DNA from: Tubulanus polymorphus
Taxonomy: Eukaryota > Animalia > Nemertea
DNA: 64,000 nt
Direction: 5' to 3'
NCBI RefSeq assembly: GCF_964204645.1
Contig: NC_134030.1
Coordinates: 2,215,355-2,279,354 of the forward strand
Part shown: positions 1-13,900 of the stretch, one piece after another
Position numbering within the stretch: position 1 is the stretch's first letter
Layout of the letters: each line of letters starts with the position of its first letter
Translations under genes and position numbers: made by a program
Notes under the pieces: generated by a model
What the model saw: only the letters and a program-made list of their open reading frames with translations
Told to the model about the DNA's origin: nothing
The model's database searches: none

Positions 1-582
1 CAGATTGGATGACATCAGATTCGCTTTTTTAAAACACGCAGAAAATGTGCGCGTATTGTTTTTTGAAACGTCATGCAATGCCATTTTTTCCATTGTTGAA
101 TATTTTGATAAACGCATTGAATTCATGCGGTATCGAATTACAATATTTCCTAGTAATTAACAGTTTCAAGTCCACAATGAGTAACAGTTATAACCTGTAA
201 ATTCATGCTCTTGGAATTTGTATCTTTTAGGATGAATTTCAAAAATATCTTAACACTAATGGTGGGACCGACTAGTGGCCTTTAACATTGATGCTTTATC
301 CGAGAAATACCTTTTCCGTTCTTCTCGACCTGGTTTTATAGACTAGTATTAACTTGAACTTTAAAATCTGGGGCTAACTGAATTAATTTTTTCAATTAAG
401 TAAATCCCCTCGGTTAAAATTGATATAAAAATCTATAAAACCGAGCCCTGGAATTTTTCTAAATCCGACCTGTCATTGAGAATGGCTCGTAGAATTGAGT
501 AAAACATCAGCATAGTTTTTGTAATTGTGGGTTTTATCTTCAATTTTCACGTGATGTATTTCTAATACAATGTTTTTTTCAG

Positions 583-2792
583 GGGGGAATTCGCGTATTC
601 GTCCAGCGATAAAATGGTTTATATTCGCAAGTTTTCGACAACAGGAACGAAGATGGTTTTATTGAATACACTTCAAGGACACGAAGGAGAGGTCACCTGC
701 GTATTGTGGAATAAAGTGAAAAGTAAATGGGTTACAGGGTCAGAAGATGGAACCATACGAATTTGGGTTTGTATTTTTTTCTAATGATTTTGATGAACTC
801 TGCCTTATTTGGTAGTGTGGAGTTTATTGAACTGGATTTATATTTTATAGGCCGGAGATGGTATGAATGAATGTGAAACTATTTTATCGACTCAAGGCGC
901 TGTTTGTAGCATGTGCGTTGATGAAATCAATGGAAGCGTAGTGGCCGGAATACAACAATATATCAGGTACAACTTACAACTTACAACTAACAACATACAA
1001 TGTACAATGTACAATCTTATTTTCTGCACTGATTATGAAGGTTTTTGACTGTTTTATTTTTACAATCTACAACATACAACATACAACATACAACTAACAA
1101 CATACAATGTACAATCTTATTTTCTCCACTGATTATGAAGGTTTTTGACTGTTTTATTTTTACAATCTACAACATACAACATACAACTAACAACATACAA
1201 TGTACAATCTTATTTTCTGCACTGATTATGAAGGTATTATTGATTACAGCTTACAACATACAACATACAACATACAACATACAACCTCTTCTGATATAGA
1301 ATTTCTTGGCTTCGTTATTGTGGGATTTCTCTCGACAACTTACATCATACAACTAACAATATCCAATGTAAAACCTTATTTACTGCGCATGTTTCATTTA
1401 TAATAGTAATAATGTTTGGGTTGATTAATTGTAGAGTTTATGATCCTGAACATCACAGACTCGTACAGACTAATATCGGACACACAGACGCCGTACGCAG
1501 CATCATGCATATACCCGAACGTAATCAATACGTATCGGCTTCGTGGGATAAATCGATCCGCATGTGGAATGCGTGGAAATTACCGCGTAAGAAAAAACGC
1601 CTCTCACAAGATAAAGGTATGGTGGCTGACTGTAACCCTCTTCCTTAGGTGGCGGTATAGACAGACAGACAGAAGTCAACTCTGGTTGTTGATATATGTA
1701 GAACTGATTTCATTGCAGAATAGTCAGACTTTTATAAGCCAAGCTGTGAATTGTACAGTCACAAATTGATATACTGAATTTGAATACATTTAATCCTGAA
1801 AACTTTGAATTACCAATGACATGAAAACTATTGTCAATTGAATAACAGGCTAGAGGATATGTTCATACTACCATGAGTTTGTGCTGTTGTACTTATACAT
1901 TATTAATATAAATCTAACATTGAAAACCACCGAACTAATATCAATTCCCGACAAAAGGTAAAAGTTCTGCGTTGTATGTTATAGAATTTGTTCTTTGTTT
2001 GCTTAAAGCGGTTTTCACTCAGACTAACGGTCTGTTTCTACTATACTGTAGCAGCTCTGAAAGAGAGTCCTGCTGCCCTGTTTCTTCCCAGGTGGCGCTA
2101 CCCGTGTATTTTTCTTGTAGTGCGTATTCATATTCGTATTCATATTGGCATAATACAGTGTCAATAGTAAGTCACTGTTCAAAATGACCCAATGGACATC
2201 AATAATGAGGCAGAGTTCATTTACATTAGCAACTCATCGGGACTGTGTTAATCCTTTTGCCTTTAAATATCAAACTGTGAATTAAAAAAATCAGTTACAA
2301 GATATGATGCTGAATTGGAACTATGAGATATCTCATAGTGGCAATGCTGGCTGAACTGGAACTATGAGATATCTCATAGTGGCAATGATGGCTGAATTGG
2401 AACTATGAGGTATCTCATAGTGGCAATGATGGCTGAACTGGAACTGCAAGTTAACTCATAGTTAGCGGCTAACATGTCAAGCTTGTACTCATTTATTTGG
2501 ACAGAATTTCTAGAATCTATTCCATGACAAAACCGCATGCTAGCATTAGTAGGATACGAAGGGTGATTGAATTCGATTTCATATGTTTTTTTCGATATTT
2601 CTTCGTGCAGGTAAAGACAACCGATCAATGTTACTAGCGACTACCGATACCGCGGATACAGCTGCTGCTGAAACGGTCCACGAAGGAGATGAGGAGGAGG
2701 CGCATGATGAGAACGACGATGAGTACGGTGTAGCGGATGATGAAAACAGTCAATATGACGACGCGAGTGAACCTGAATTAGAATCGCACTAA
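583..2792 (+). CDS. 3' part of a WD40-repeat protein gene with an acidic C-terminal tail (5' exons lie upstream of the window)
   Basis: Exons 583-766, 851-966, 1435-1616 and 2611-2792 have canonical AG/GT ends and matching phases. They encode WD repeats LQGHEGEVTCVLWN...WVTGSEDGTIRIW and IGHTDAVRSIMHI...YVSASWDKSIRMW, then a D/E-rich tail ending at TAA 2790-2792. Confidence 0.88.
968..1290. repeat. Compound intronic tandem repeat (ACAACAT runs within ~100-115 bp units)
   Basis: Three copies of acaactaacaacatacaatgtacaatcttatttt...gattatgaagg. Confidence 0.85.
2309..2445. repeat. 41-bp tandem repeat containing a 20-bp palindrome
   Basis: Units start at 2309, 2350, 2391 and 2432; core ACTATGAGATATCTCATAGT. 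Confidence 0.85.
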
Positions 2793-3189
2793 AACCGAAC
2801 ACAATAAGCCATATTATAACCATTGATGAAACACTCTTTAAGTCCATTGAATTGTAACAATAGTATAAAATATCGTACTTAGAATTAGAGTGAAGAGTCT
2901 GAAATGTTTCCTTGAGTAAAATAAATGAGCTCAAAGAAGCATTTCGGAATTTCTTTATTTCTAAGTGTGGTATTTTCTATATACAAGCCATAATTTTCTG
3001 CCAAATTTCACCTAATAATTTCATAATTGTATATGTATAATTACTGCTTCAATTTTTGTAAATAGTTATCTATTTGTAAGAGGCATATTTGAAGGTGCTG
3101 ATTAGACTTGATTTTTCCAGGGGCTTCGTTTATGGCAGCAACTTGTTGATAGAAACTGTGATAAATTCTTTATATTTCAAAGAAATTCT

Positions 3190-3378
3190 ATGAACTATTG
3201 ATAATATATCGTAACTATTGATGATATATCATAACTGTTGATAATATATCATAACTTTTGATGAATTATCATAACTATCGGTGATATTTCATAACTATTG
3301 ATGCTATATCATAACTATTGATAATATATAATAATTATTGATGATATATCATAACTATTGATGATATATCATAACTAC
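3190..3378. repeat. 20-bp minisatellite
   Basis: ataactattgatgatatatc, ~9 copies. Confidence 0.9.
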
Positions 3379-4024
3379 CCAAGACATTGTCATTATCATT
3401 TTTCTTACCCGTTTTCATGATTTATCTTCGAAATTGTTCAATGTGGAATGAATTGTTTGATCGGTTTGGAATTGAATCAGTAGTGATATTTCGTGTAGAT
3501 GTAGCTAAAGCATCTATCGAATAATAGTAATGGTAGTAATCATAGTATTAGGGTTCCGTCCATGAGGAAAACTTTCCAGACTCTGAAAAGGTGCAATTCG
3601 CACTATTCTATTTTATTCTATTCCTATTTTCATGTATAGTATGACCACAATTAGTTCCATTATTTATATAGGAGTGAATGTTGAATATATGTTCTTATGA
3701 CGTTACGATATATCAAATTAGTTTTTGTACATGATAATTTTTAAGAAGCTTCAAGTTTTAAAAAACGAGGGTAATATGTTCAAATTCTATATTTATGATT
3801 ACACCGGTAATAGATTTTTTATGTTTTCACATTTCTTTAAGTTGATTTATACATTATTTGAGTTGTTGATGATGCTGTTTTATATCATTATATATTTTGA
3901 ATTGCCAATAAACACGAATAAAGTTAATACATATTTGAACATTGATTGTTCTTAGACTTAGTTTTGAGTAGAACTGCATACTAGTACACATCATTGAGGA
4001 ATTTGAGCACAAGATGGATGGATC

Positions 4025-4380
4025 GCTAAATGACTGGGTATGGATGACCACATCACCGGAGTATGGATGACCACATAACTCAGTACGGATGACCACATCA
4101 CTGGGGTATGGATGACCACATCACTGGGGTGTGGATGACCACATCACTGGGTATGAATGACTACATCACTGGGTATGAATGACCACATCACTGGGGTGTG
4201 GATGACCTCATGACTGGGTATGGATGACCACATCACTGGGTATGGATGACCACAATACTGGGGTATGGATGACCACATGACTGGGAAAGGATGACCACAT
4301 CACTGGGTATAGATGACCACATGACTGGGTATGGATGACCATATGACTGGGGTATGGATGACCACATCACTGGGGGTGGA
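4025..4380. repeat. 22-23 bp minisatellite
   Basis: Repeats of ggatgaccacatcactggg(g)tat. Confidence 0.9.
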
Positions 4381-4387
4381 ATCCATA

Positions 4388-4902
4388 TTCCTCTATTCAG
4401 CATCAGGACCACTCTGAATCAGTGTCAGTAATTACTGGGTTCGAACCCGAGACACCCCTGTACATCCTCTATTCAGCATCAGGGTCACTCTGAATCAATG
4501 TCAGTAATTGATGGGTTCGAACTCGCAACACCCCCTGTACATCTTGTATTCAGCATCAGTACCACTCTGAATCAGTATCAGTAATTACCGGGTTCAGCGC
4601 CACTGATTTAGTGTGAGTAAATTATGCCGTACGGTGCTGCCGCTATGATCGACATTAGCGCATTTTGCATGAACTAACACCAACTGACTCTGGCAGTAGT
4701 CCCTCCTTGGTTGCCAGAGACGATTCACGTTAGTGTATGAAAAATCCGCTAATGTTGAGCATAGCGGCTGCACCAGACGGTGTAAGGTCACGTCTATTTC
4801 ACGAGTGCCAGTAATTACTGGGTTCGAACCCGGGACACCCTTCTTTTACATCTAATCAACATCATAGGACCTCTCTGAATCAGTATCAGTAATTACTGGG
4901 TC
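4388..4902. repeat. ~75-bp degenerate repeats with a B-box-like GGTTCGAACCC, interrupted by ~210 bp of unrelated DNA
   Basis: tattcagcatcag..cactctgaatcagtgtcagtaattactgggttcgaaccc recurs at ~4394, 4470 and 4548, and partially at 4809 and 4873. Confidence 0.7.
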
Positions 4903-7900
4903 ATATAACTATCGTAGAGGGATGACTCAATGTTGTCTTGTCTTTCTTATCCAGTTCCTATACGTGGTTTTCATCCTCTTTTGATTCATAGACACAAATT
5001 TAGAAAGATATTTTTTTATATAACAAGAATTTTATTCCCATATTTCTTATATTTATGTACAAAAAAACAATACGTGCAGATTAATTCTGACCTCGTTATT
5101 TACTTCAGATTAATTACGACTTTTTAAAGTTTCAATCAATTGTAGAAAAATGTATAATGAATTCTTGAATTTTAAGAAAATGGTTATAAAACGAATACAA
5201 GTAAATTGACATTTGTGATGTTTTTATGATTAACTTATCATACCGCGCGACTTATTTGCGATTCTTATTTTAGGAATATAACTTTGTCATCCCTGATATT
5301 TGCGTACGTACAACATCATCACAACAACATCATTTGATCGTAAATGGTACAAAATTACATCGTCATATCACAAAACATTACAACAATTCATGCAACAGAA
5401 TTTTTATTATCAAATACCGAACCTCGATCCGTTGACAAAGAAAAAAAAAAATAAAATAGAATATGAAAACAAAATTAATTTACTGGAAAAATATGAATGT
5501 GACCTTTTTCTAAGCTTAATTTCGGAACATAAAATCTTACGATAAAAACATCTCTTATTTTGTGAAAAAATATACATATATATAAAAAAAGCTTCATGAG
5601 CGAGGCACCAGGTGGCAGGAACACACCATAGAAAAAAAAAATTAATGTATTACGACAACAAAACACAAATTACAAGACGCCATTTACAGGATTAAATATG
5701 GCCCCAAATCAGCCACATTTGACTCCTGGACATTTTCTGTAATTACCTGAATAAACATGGAAAATTTAGACTCTGAAAACAGTGTTTTTGTACAATAATG
5801 AATCAGTGTGGCGTGGATTAAGCAGTCAGTTAACCGCGAGTCAAGGACTCAAATCTACGTAATGATTGTATAACAATCTCGAGTCCCTAACTCGCCAGTG
5901 CGCGTTTCATCCATTAATAGTAACCATGACGACTACCTCTATTTACACGAAATATAGCTACATCTATTCACAATACAAATCAGTGTCACAAATATACAAA
6001 ATATACAAAATCAATTCTAAGGGTTTGTGAGTGCGATGTATTCAAAATCGTACATTGGTCGTGCTTCAGTGAAACATCTACAACAACTGCTCTGGTAATC
6101 TATTTAGGTTTTTCTTCCACATTTTGATCTCAACATTGAATGATTACTTCAGTAAATGAAATACTGGTATTGGTGGTGACATGTTTCTTACTAAGCACCT
6201 TAAGAAGGTTTAAAGGAACTGTTAGGTAGAGTTTTCCACCGCCCCTCGGGCATGTACTTAACAAACAATGCCTGAATGAGCCTCGAACAGTTTAACTATG
6301 ATAAATACTAAATAAACAATGCATTTGATAAATGCCTGTACACGGAGATAATATATATTCAAGCTTACGATACCGTGAAGAGATATAGAAATTTAACTAG
6401 TTCTTATTGCGAGGTTCAATTAGGAAATACAATGGTCCCTGACACCAGTTACTCATTAAACGTTAAGCTTTAAATAATGATAAATAATGATAAACGAAAT
6501 GATTGCACACACAAAAATGTCATCAAGATTCTTTGTTCAGAAGTCTCTACAATAGATATTAAGGCAAATAGCATAAATACGTAATCGTACCTTTCTATAA
6601 AAACACATACATTGTATTGTATTTTGATACCAAATATGTGGCACGCTGGAAGTTCTCCATTTCAAAATAAAACGAATAAATAATACGCGTAATAAAAATA
6701 TGGAAATACTTGATCACGTCTGATGTGGTATATTTGGGTCGGAGAAGGCTGAGAAATATTTTGTTGTAAGTGGCTGGAAGATATTTGTAAAGCTTAATTC
6801 ATTTAAAAAATCTAGAAATGTCAAAGCTGAATGAATACGCATAAGATAACTATAAAGGCGGGTTGGGGAAGACATGGAATTCATGTGTGTGTATGACAGA
6901 AGACGCAGTATTGTAAAAATACACCTTCCATTTACGTAATATCAGGGATATATTCTTCGCTTATCTAAGTTATTTCTCAACGTAGCTCAATCCTTCCTTA
7001 CTCAGACATGGCCGACGAGATTTTGACTAACTTGGAAGAAAAAACAAAATCATTTTTCTGACTTTCTATCCTTTTACACGTACTTGGCTTACTGCGGACC
7101 AATACTGCTGGTCCCAGTGTATGCATCATTAGGCGAGGTTTACTGTAATCGATTTCTAGACAAACTAATGATATCCTAAGTACAGGATCCAGCTCCACTG
7201 TTCTTAGAATTTGACCCTAGCATTACAGCATTAGGAATGACTCTAGGATCTCATAGAACTGCATCCAGAGAGTATTTACTCAGGTTTCAAACTGCACAGA
7301 TAGATATAATAGATATTCATTCGATATTTACACGTCTTAAATTACATTATTATAAAATTCTCCTTTCGAAACAAAAGTAGCACCATCTATATTCCCCGCC
7401 CGTTCACTTGCCCAAGTAGGTGTATCAGCAATCGGAACTAAGTACATTGTATTGAATTGAATGGAACTCAAACTGATCACTTACGCCTCGAGTGAACTTC
7501 GGTGGTGGTCGCGTAACGCACTCTAGTTCAATTTCGCCGCAATCTTGGAACTAGATCCATGCTCAATCACTCCTGAGTTTGAACTATTTGCGGTCTTTGA
7601 TTTTCTACATCTTCACCAGGGCTTAATATCCAAATTTCCACAGCTGACTAAGGCAGAATTGAAAGCTCATGAAAACAGATAGTCGGTCCACGGTCCAAAA
7701 AATTACGGTAACAAATTATCAAGACCACATTCCTAAAATTCCAGAGCTTCAGACAAGAAACTTTAAAATTTCATAACTTTTCCACGTCTTGAAAAATGGT
7801 TACTAATTCCGTAAGTTTACTGGTATTTTCCGGGACTAGCACGAACGAACCGTGTGACTGACACATTGGAATGTTTCTGTCTCTGTCTATCTCGAATCCT

Positions 7901-7912
7901 GAGTTATTCACG

Positions 7913-10900
7913 TTACACGACCGTCGCCCGACTTTTATCCATTTGAGAATTTAACGTTTTTAAGTCGGGACCCGGCCGCGTGAAGTCAACGATCGCGTAT
8001 TCCGACGCGTCTAAATCGCCGAGAATCTGTTTCGGACGCCCGTTGTTGCCGGGGGTGATGAATGGATGATTGGCAGACGGCGAATTAGAAGATAACGACG
8101 GAATATCGAGATCCGCGTAAACCGTTCCGTCTGCTCCGATATCCTATATACATTCAACGAGAAAAATGAGAGTAATTTTACATCGAAAATAGAAGTTTAA
8201 TTGAAAATGAACTAGAAATGATTCTGAATTTGAGATTTTGAGAATATTTTGATATATTTGGGAGAATTTGAGCTCCTAAAGACTAATAACTACAGTCAAA
8301 TAGTTACGGAAGGCAGGTCTACAAAAATGAAGAGTAATTTGATATCAAAAATAGTACATTTGTCCAAAAACTATGAGTTATTCTGATTTTGAGAGTATTT
8401 TGATATTTTTCTTTATAGTAGAGTTCTTAAAAAGAGTAGAAACATCTCTTCAATAGTTCTGGAGTTCTGTCCTTGAGTTTAGGATACACACTTACCTCAG
8501 GTTTAGGCGAAGACATTCGAACATTTTGATAAGGATTTTCATCGTAAGAATCCGGTCCGAATCCCGGTCCGACCATCATCCCGACGTTCTGATACGGACT
8601 TTCATCCGGAATAACGTCCGGATTTGGTAATGGTTGATTCTCGTACATCGGCGATGAAGCTATGAAAAAAAAAATTTCGAAAAATTCAGAATCGCACGTG
8701 ATGAAATTTAACTTTTGTACGTTTAAGTCGAGAAATAGTTTACCTTTCCCTCGTTTCCGTGGAGACACTTTAGGCCGTGCACCTGAAAAATGTGATTAAT
8801 CGAATAAATATTTTCCTTATTTCGGGACTTGCAGAAATCAATAACACAATCTGAACGAAATATATTTGATCTTTATTTAGACTGCGCTGTTTGAATATCA
8901 TAAAAAAAAGCAAGTAGATTTTTAAATACGAATGAAATTAGCAAAATGTAGCGTTAAGTGATAAGAAAACTTGTAAATAATTACAATCAGGTTATTAAAT
9001 TCGATTTTTTCGTTTAGCTTTATAAGATTATTGTTATTCAACTAACATCATGGCTCAGTTTCATAATACATTCAGTCATAATTCAACTTCAGAAAATCAT
9101 TTTGCAAATTTGAGGCATCAATTGCTCCTAAGTTGGTTTAAACATTCTCATTCCACATCTGTGGGTTAAATCTGACCTACTTAGTCGATACATTGAACAT
9201 GAACTGATTTTACTCTAACTCACAACTGTGGAACTGGGAGTTATTCACCTAACCAACTTTTGAGCAAGCAGACCATGTATATGAAACCAACCAACAGAAA
9301 TCAGGAACCAATTGCAGTCATGGCTTAAGTCCAAAATTTGTCCTAAATCATAAAACTAGTCTTAATATTTTAGATTGACTTTAGAACTAAGTTGGTCTCA
9401 GACTAGTCTTAAGTTGTTAGATTGGCTATAGAACTAAGTTGGTCTCAGACTAGTCTTAAGTTGTTAGATTGGCTATAGAACTAAGTTGGTCTCAGACTAG
9501 TCTTAAGTTGTTAGATTGGCTATAGAACTAAGTTGGTCTCAGACTAGTCTTAAGTTGTTAGATTGGCTATAGAACTAAGTTGGTCTCAGACTGGTCTTAA
9601 GTTGTTAGATTGGCTATAGAACTAAGTTGGTCTCAGACTAATCTTAAGTTGTTAGATTGGCTATAGAACTAAGTTGGTCTCAGACTGGTCTTAAGTCTAA
9701 GTCATGACTATGCAACTGAACCCTGGATCTAACTTCAATGACAATTTTGAGCAGCAAAAAACCAAGAATTCTATCGAAATCATGTTGAATATTGAAAGTT
9801 GGGTAGTCATAATTATCATTATGATCATAATCATCGAAGTCATTGACAACAATTAATGAATTACCGAGTTCAAGAAGAGGAGTATTACCATCACTCGGTG
9901 AGTGATCGCCTGACGATGTATCGGTTGCTATGGGAGCGTATTTACTGGTTAACCTATAATATTAGAGATATTGAATGTCAAAATCATCGATTAGAGAGGA
10001 GAGAGACGAAGACAGAGAGATGAAGCATAGATAAAACTTACAGAGTCAGAGGTTAAAAGACCTGCTCAAATGTTGGTTAAAGATAACCAGCGGATAAATA
10101 CTATAGTTACAATGTACTTTCAATTGTCACTACGTCAACTATCACCAACATTTGAGCAACTGGCCACACAGTTTTGTGCAAAGTCTTACAACCAAGCTCA
10201 CGCATTAGGATCGGTTTTAATCTCTAACTCCGTAACTGAAACCGATCCCAAGTTTGAAATGAAAAGATGATGAAAATCGCGAAAAGACACTACCGAAAAA
10301 GTGCTTCTACTGTACATGCACATGTAATCCGATACATGTACATGCACATGTAATCCAATACATGTACATGTTTATATATAGTGCAGGTGCTGGGTGAATA
10401 TAGATAGAATAAGCCGCGATACTCGTATCCGCTATCCAGCTGCTTACCACCGTAGATGGAGCCACTGTATGATGACTCTCCGTATTCGGAATGAGTAGGA
10501 GTTGATTGTAAACCGGTATTGTGCATGCCGTCTGTAGGTGCTAATTCATGCGTTCCGACCATCGGACTTTTTATAAGACACAAAAACAATCAATAAACAT
10601 TCATTCACCCCATACATCGTAACACATACGTTTACACACAGTGTTTTTTCTACACGACAGGTTTTATCCAAAATCCGATCACGTTTCTCTGACACAAAAA
10701 TTCCCTGATTGAATTACAAGAAATCCTCAGCAGAGGCGAGGCTGTTCCTCGACTTTCCCTGATTCGGAGAGTGAGAATTCATGCAGGGATAAGAAGTCTG
10801 GAAATCCCTAATTGATCCCTGTCTGTAGGAAGCCTGTAAGTATCTAACTGAAGGAATCACTATTCAATAATCTGATGTGAGACTTAATAAGAGGAATCCT

Positions 10901-13900
10901 GATTCCTTCATTTCAAAATATTGGAACCCACCCCACAGCGCAACCTGCTCACCCTCAGACACGCAACATGACAATATTCATTCTTAATACATTCACGGTA
11001 TGATACAAGTGTTGCATGCAATTTGTATATTGTGCTCTTCGCCGACCTCGTCTAAATACTAGCGGCTGTTTTTCTAATTTGTGGAGCTTTAAAACGATAT
11101 TCAGAGAAAACTCTCCACAAAATACAGAAAAACAACCTAATTATTATACGTATATAGCATGCATGCATTATATATACAACTAAACACTGACAAAAAGCCT
11201 TAAAACCATCGCTGCTTCTGAAGACATCATTGCACACAGCAAGCTTAACACGAGGTATAAACAATGAATGAGTGGAGGACAGACATGTGTGCGATGAAAA
11301 TATCATGCATCAAAATGATAAACAACATTTTATAACAACTGTCGACGGAATTGAAATTAAACTTAATACGATATCCTTAAATTAATTCGATTTCATGTTA
11401 AACAATGATGAAATACTATATACCAATAATGAAAACCATTAAGTGGTTTTATGAAAACAAATCTGTGAAACAATGATCATCTGCTGATACTTACTTCGAG
11501 CAGTCGGCACCGGCTTTCTTCTTGTTTAAACGCTGACGACGCAAACAAACAACGGCTACGATTACGATAACCAGTATAACAACGATCGCCGCGACGACGC
11601 CGATTATTATATTCTGCATATCGGCCGCTTCTAGAAAATCAGACGAAAACGTGTAAAGATTGAGTTCAGTAGAATCAGGCTCGTAAGCCAGCCATGTCTT
11701 CAGAAGGGGGGGGGGGGGGTGGTTCATGAGAGTGGAACTTTGCATTAGTGCTTACGGAAGTCCAGGGTGCCTGGGAATACTTGCGCCGAAAAAATTAGAT
11801 GCAAAGAAAAGCAATTTCACAACTTCCAGCAAATTTTGGGTGAAAATTTTGCTTTTTTCTTATAATCTGACCTCAAATCAGGTAAGTTTGAAAGTATGCA
11901 CATATTTTGAATGAAAACGAATGAAAATTTGTTTCTTTTGAAATCGACGTTCAAAATTTCTTAAGTTTCCCCGTAAATACAAGCCTGAGAATCATTGATT
12001 GTTTTTTCGAATACTTACGAACGCTTTTATCGATGAGCGTCTCAGACGTAAAAACGGCCTTTTCCGAATCTAAAATCTGCAGGTAATAATTAAAACTCTT
12101 CGATTCGTCGACGGTGAACGTGGTTTTTTTCTGAGTTTTATCGAATTCGCTGATTCGATGATAATCACATCCAGAGTCGCGCGGAGCCGCGTCGTTGCAG
12201 TATTTTATACGTATATCTATAACATCACCGCTCACTCCTCCGTAGTTTATATCCTTCCAGCTGATCGTTACGCTCGGTCCCGATTTAGTCACCTTGATCT
12301 CTTTACTCTTCATCGTCGGAGCAGCTTCAGAAAAACAACAAGAAACTTGTCATAAAAATCTTCACGGCTTTGTTGTAATTTCTTTTCAAAGTTCTTACAA
12401 ATCAGAGAATCCAAAATTTTCAGATAATGGTATAAAATGAGGATCCAGGACCCAGTACTACAGTCATGGCTAAGATTAAAGACCAGTCTAAAGCCTGAGA
12501 CGACGCACGCGGCAAAACATTTGTTTCGCCGAAACAGAAAACACGTTTTTCACAAAACGTTTTTTGCTCGTTAAAAACGTTTTTAAGTTTGGCGTTTTTT
12601 GTTTTGCCTCCCCCGCACACGGCTTGACAAAAAACATCTTCACGAGGAAAAAACTTTTTTTTTTCGGTGCCATGTGTTGTGTGGGCTTTAGACCATGTTA
12701 GTTATATAGCCAATCTAACAACTCAGATTTTGTACTTAAACGACTGGGCCCCTGAATCTGAATATAAATCAAACCTACCTTTAGTGAAAGCGAAGAATTT
12801 ATCCGTGTAAGGACTCCAGTTTTGTGTAGGTTGTTTATTAATAGCTTGTATACGAAATCGGTACTGCGACGCCGGATCCAATCCCGTTACTTTGTACTTG
12901 ACGATCTTTTCAAATCCCGGATCGGGAATATTGCGAACTTGCTGCCATTTCGTCTGATCGAGTGTCTGATATTCGATGGTAAACGTTTGCGGCGATCCGC
13001 CCTGGAAACCGGCCTGCCATTGAATAGTAGCAGACGTAGAAGTCAGATCGAGGAGTGTTTGAAGTCGTGGTTTATCGGGAGGACCTGAAATATATCAGCA
13101 GAAATTCTTGTATGAATATTAGACACAAATGCATGAAAGACAGAAATCCCAGTTTCATCAATAGGAGACACCATCAGCTAGACAGGGAGAATGGAAAAAG
13201 TTAAGATTGAATAATTAAAAGGTCACTTGTCATTAGCAGACTCCTTCAAACAGCCAAACGATGTGAAAGGAATACTATCTCAGAGTGACTGCTTTTAAAA
13301 ATGTATACTGCTGGAAAAGTAGCTGATATCATTAATTGCTCATTGTTCTCAAGTGGCTACTAAGTAAAAGTAGATGTTTGAGCTCAAAAGTGCGAATAGA
13401 CATGTTCTTGGATTCAGCCTTTCAGTTGTTGTCCTCATTGAAAAAGTTCTGAGTTCAACTTTCACGAGAACCCAGGAGCCAGTTGCATAGTCATGACTTA
13501 AGTCCAAAAGTGGTCTTTGATCTTAAGACTGGTCATAAGTTGTTAGATTGGCCATAGAACTAAGTTGGTCTATGCAACCAGCCCCTGGGGCTGGTTCCCT
13601 AGTCAAGACTTAAGACCAAAAGTCATCTTAAATCTAAAGACTGGTCTTCAGTTGTTAGATTGGCTATAGAACTAAGTTTGTCATGACTATGCAACCGGCC
13701 CCCAGAATCTTACAATGAATGCCCCCTAAAGATGACGTACCCGGCGTTTTGAGTTCAACGTCGAACGATAAATCAGACACAATGTTTATCACGCTGCAGA
13801 CGTACGTCCCGAAATCAGACGTTTTAATCGACTGGAACTTCAGTTTACAGACGTTCGCGTTATTCTGATTACTGATTACAGCGTTTGACGGTAATCCCGC

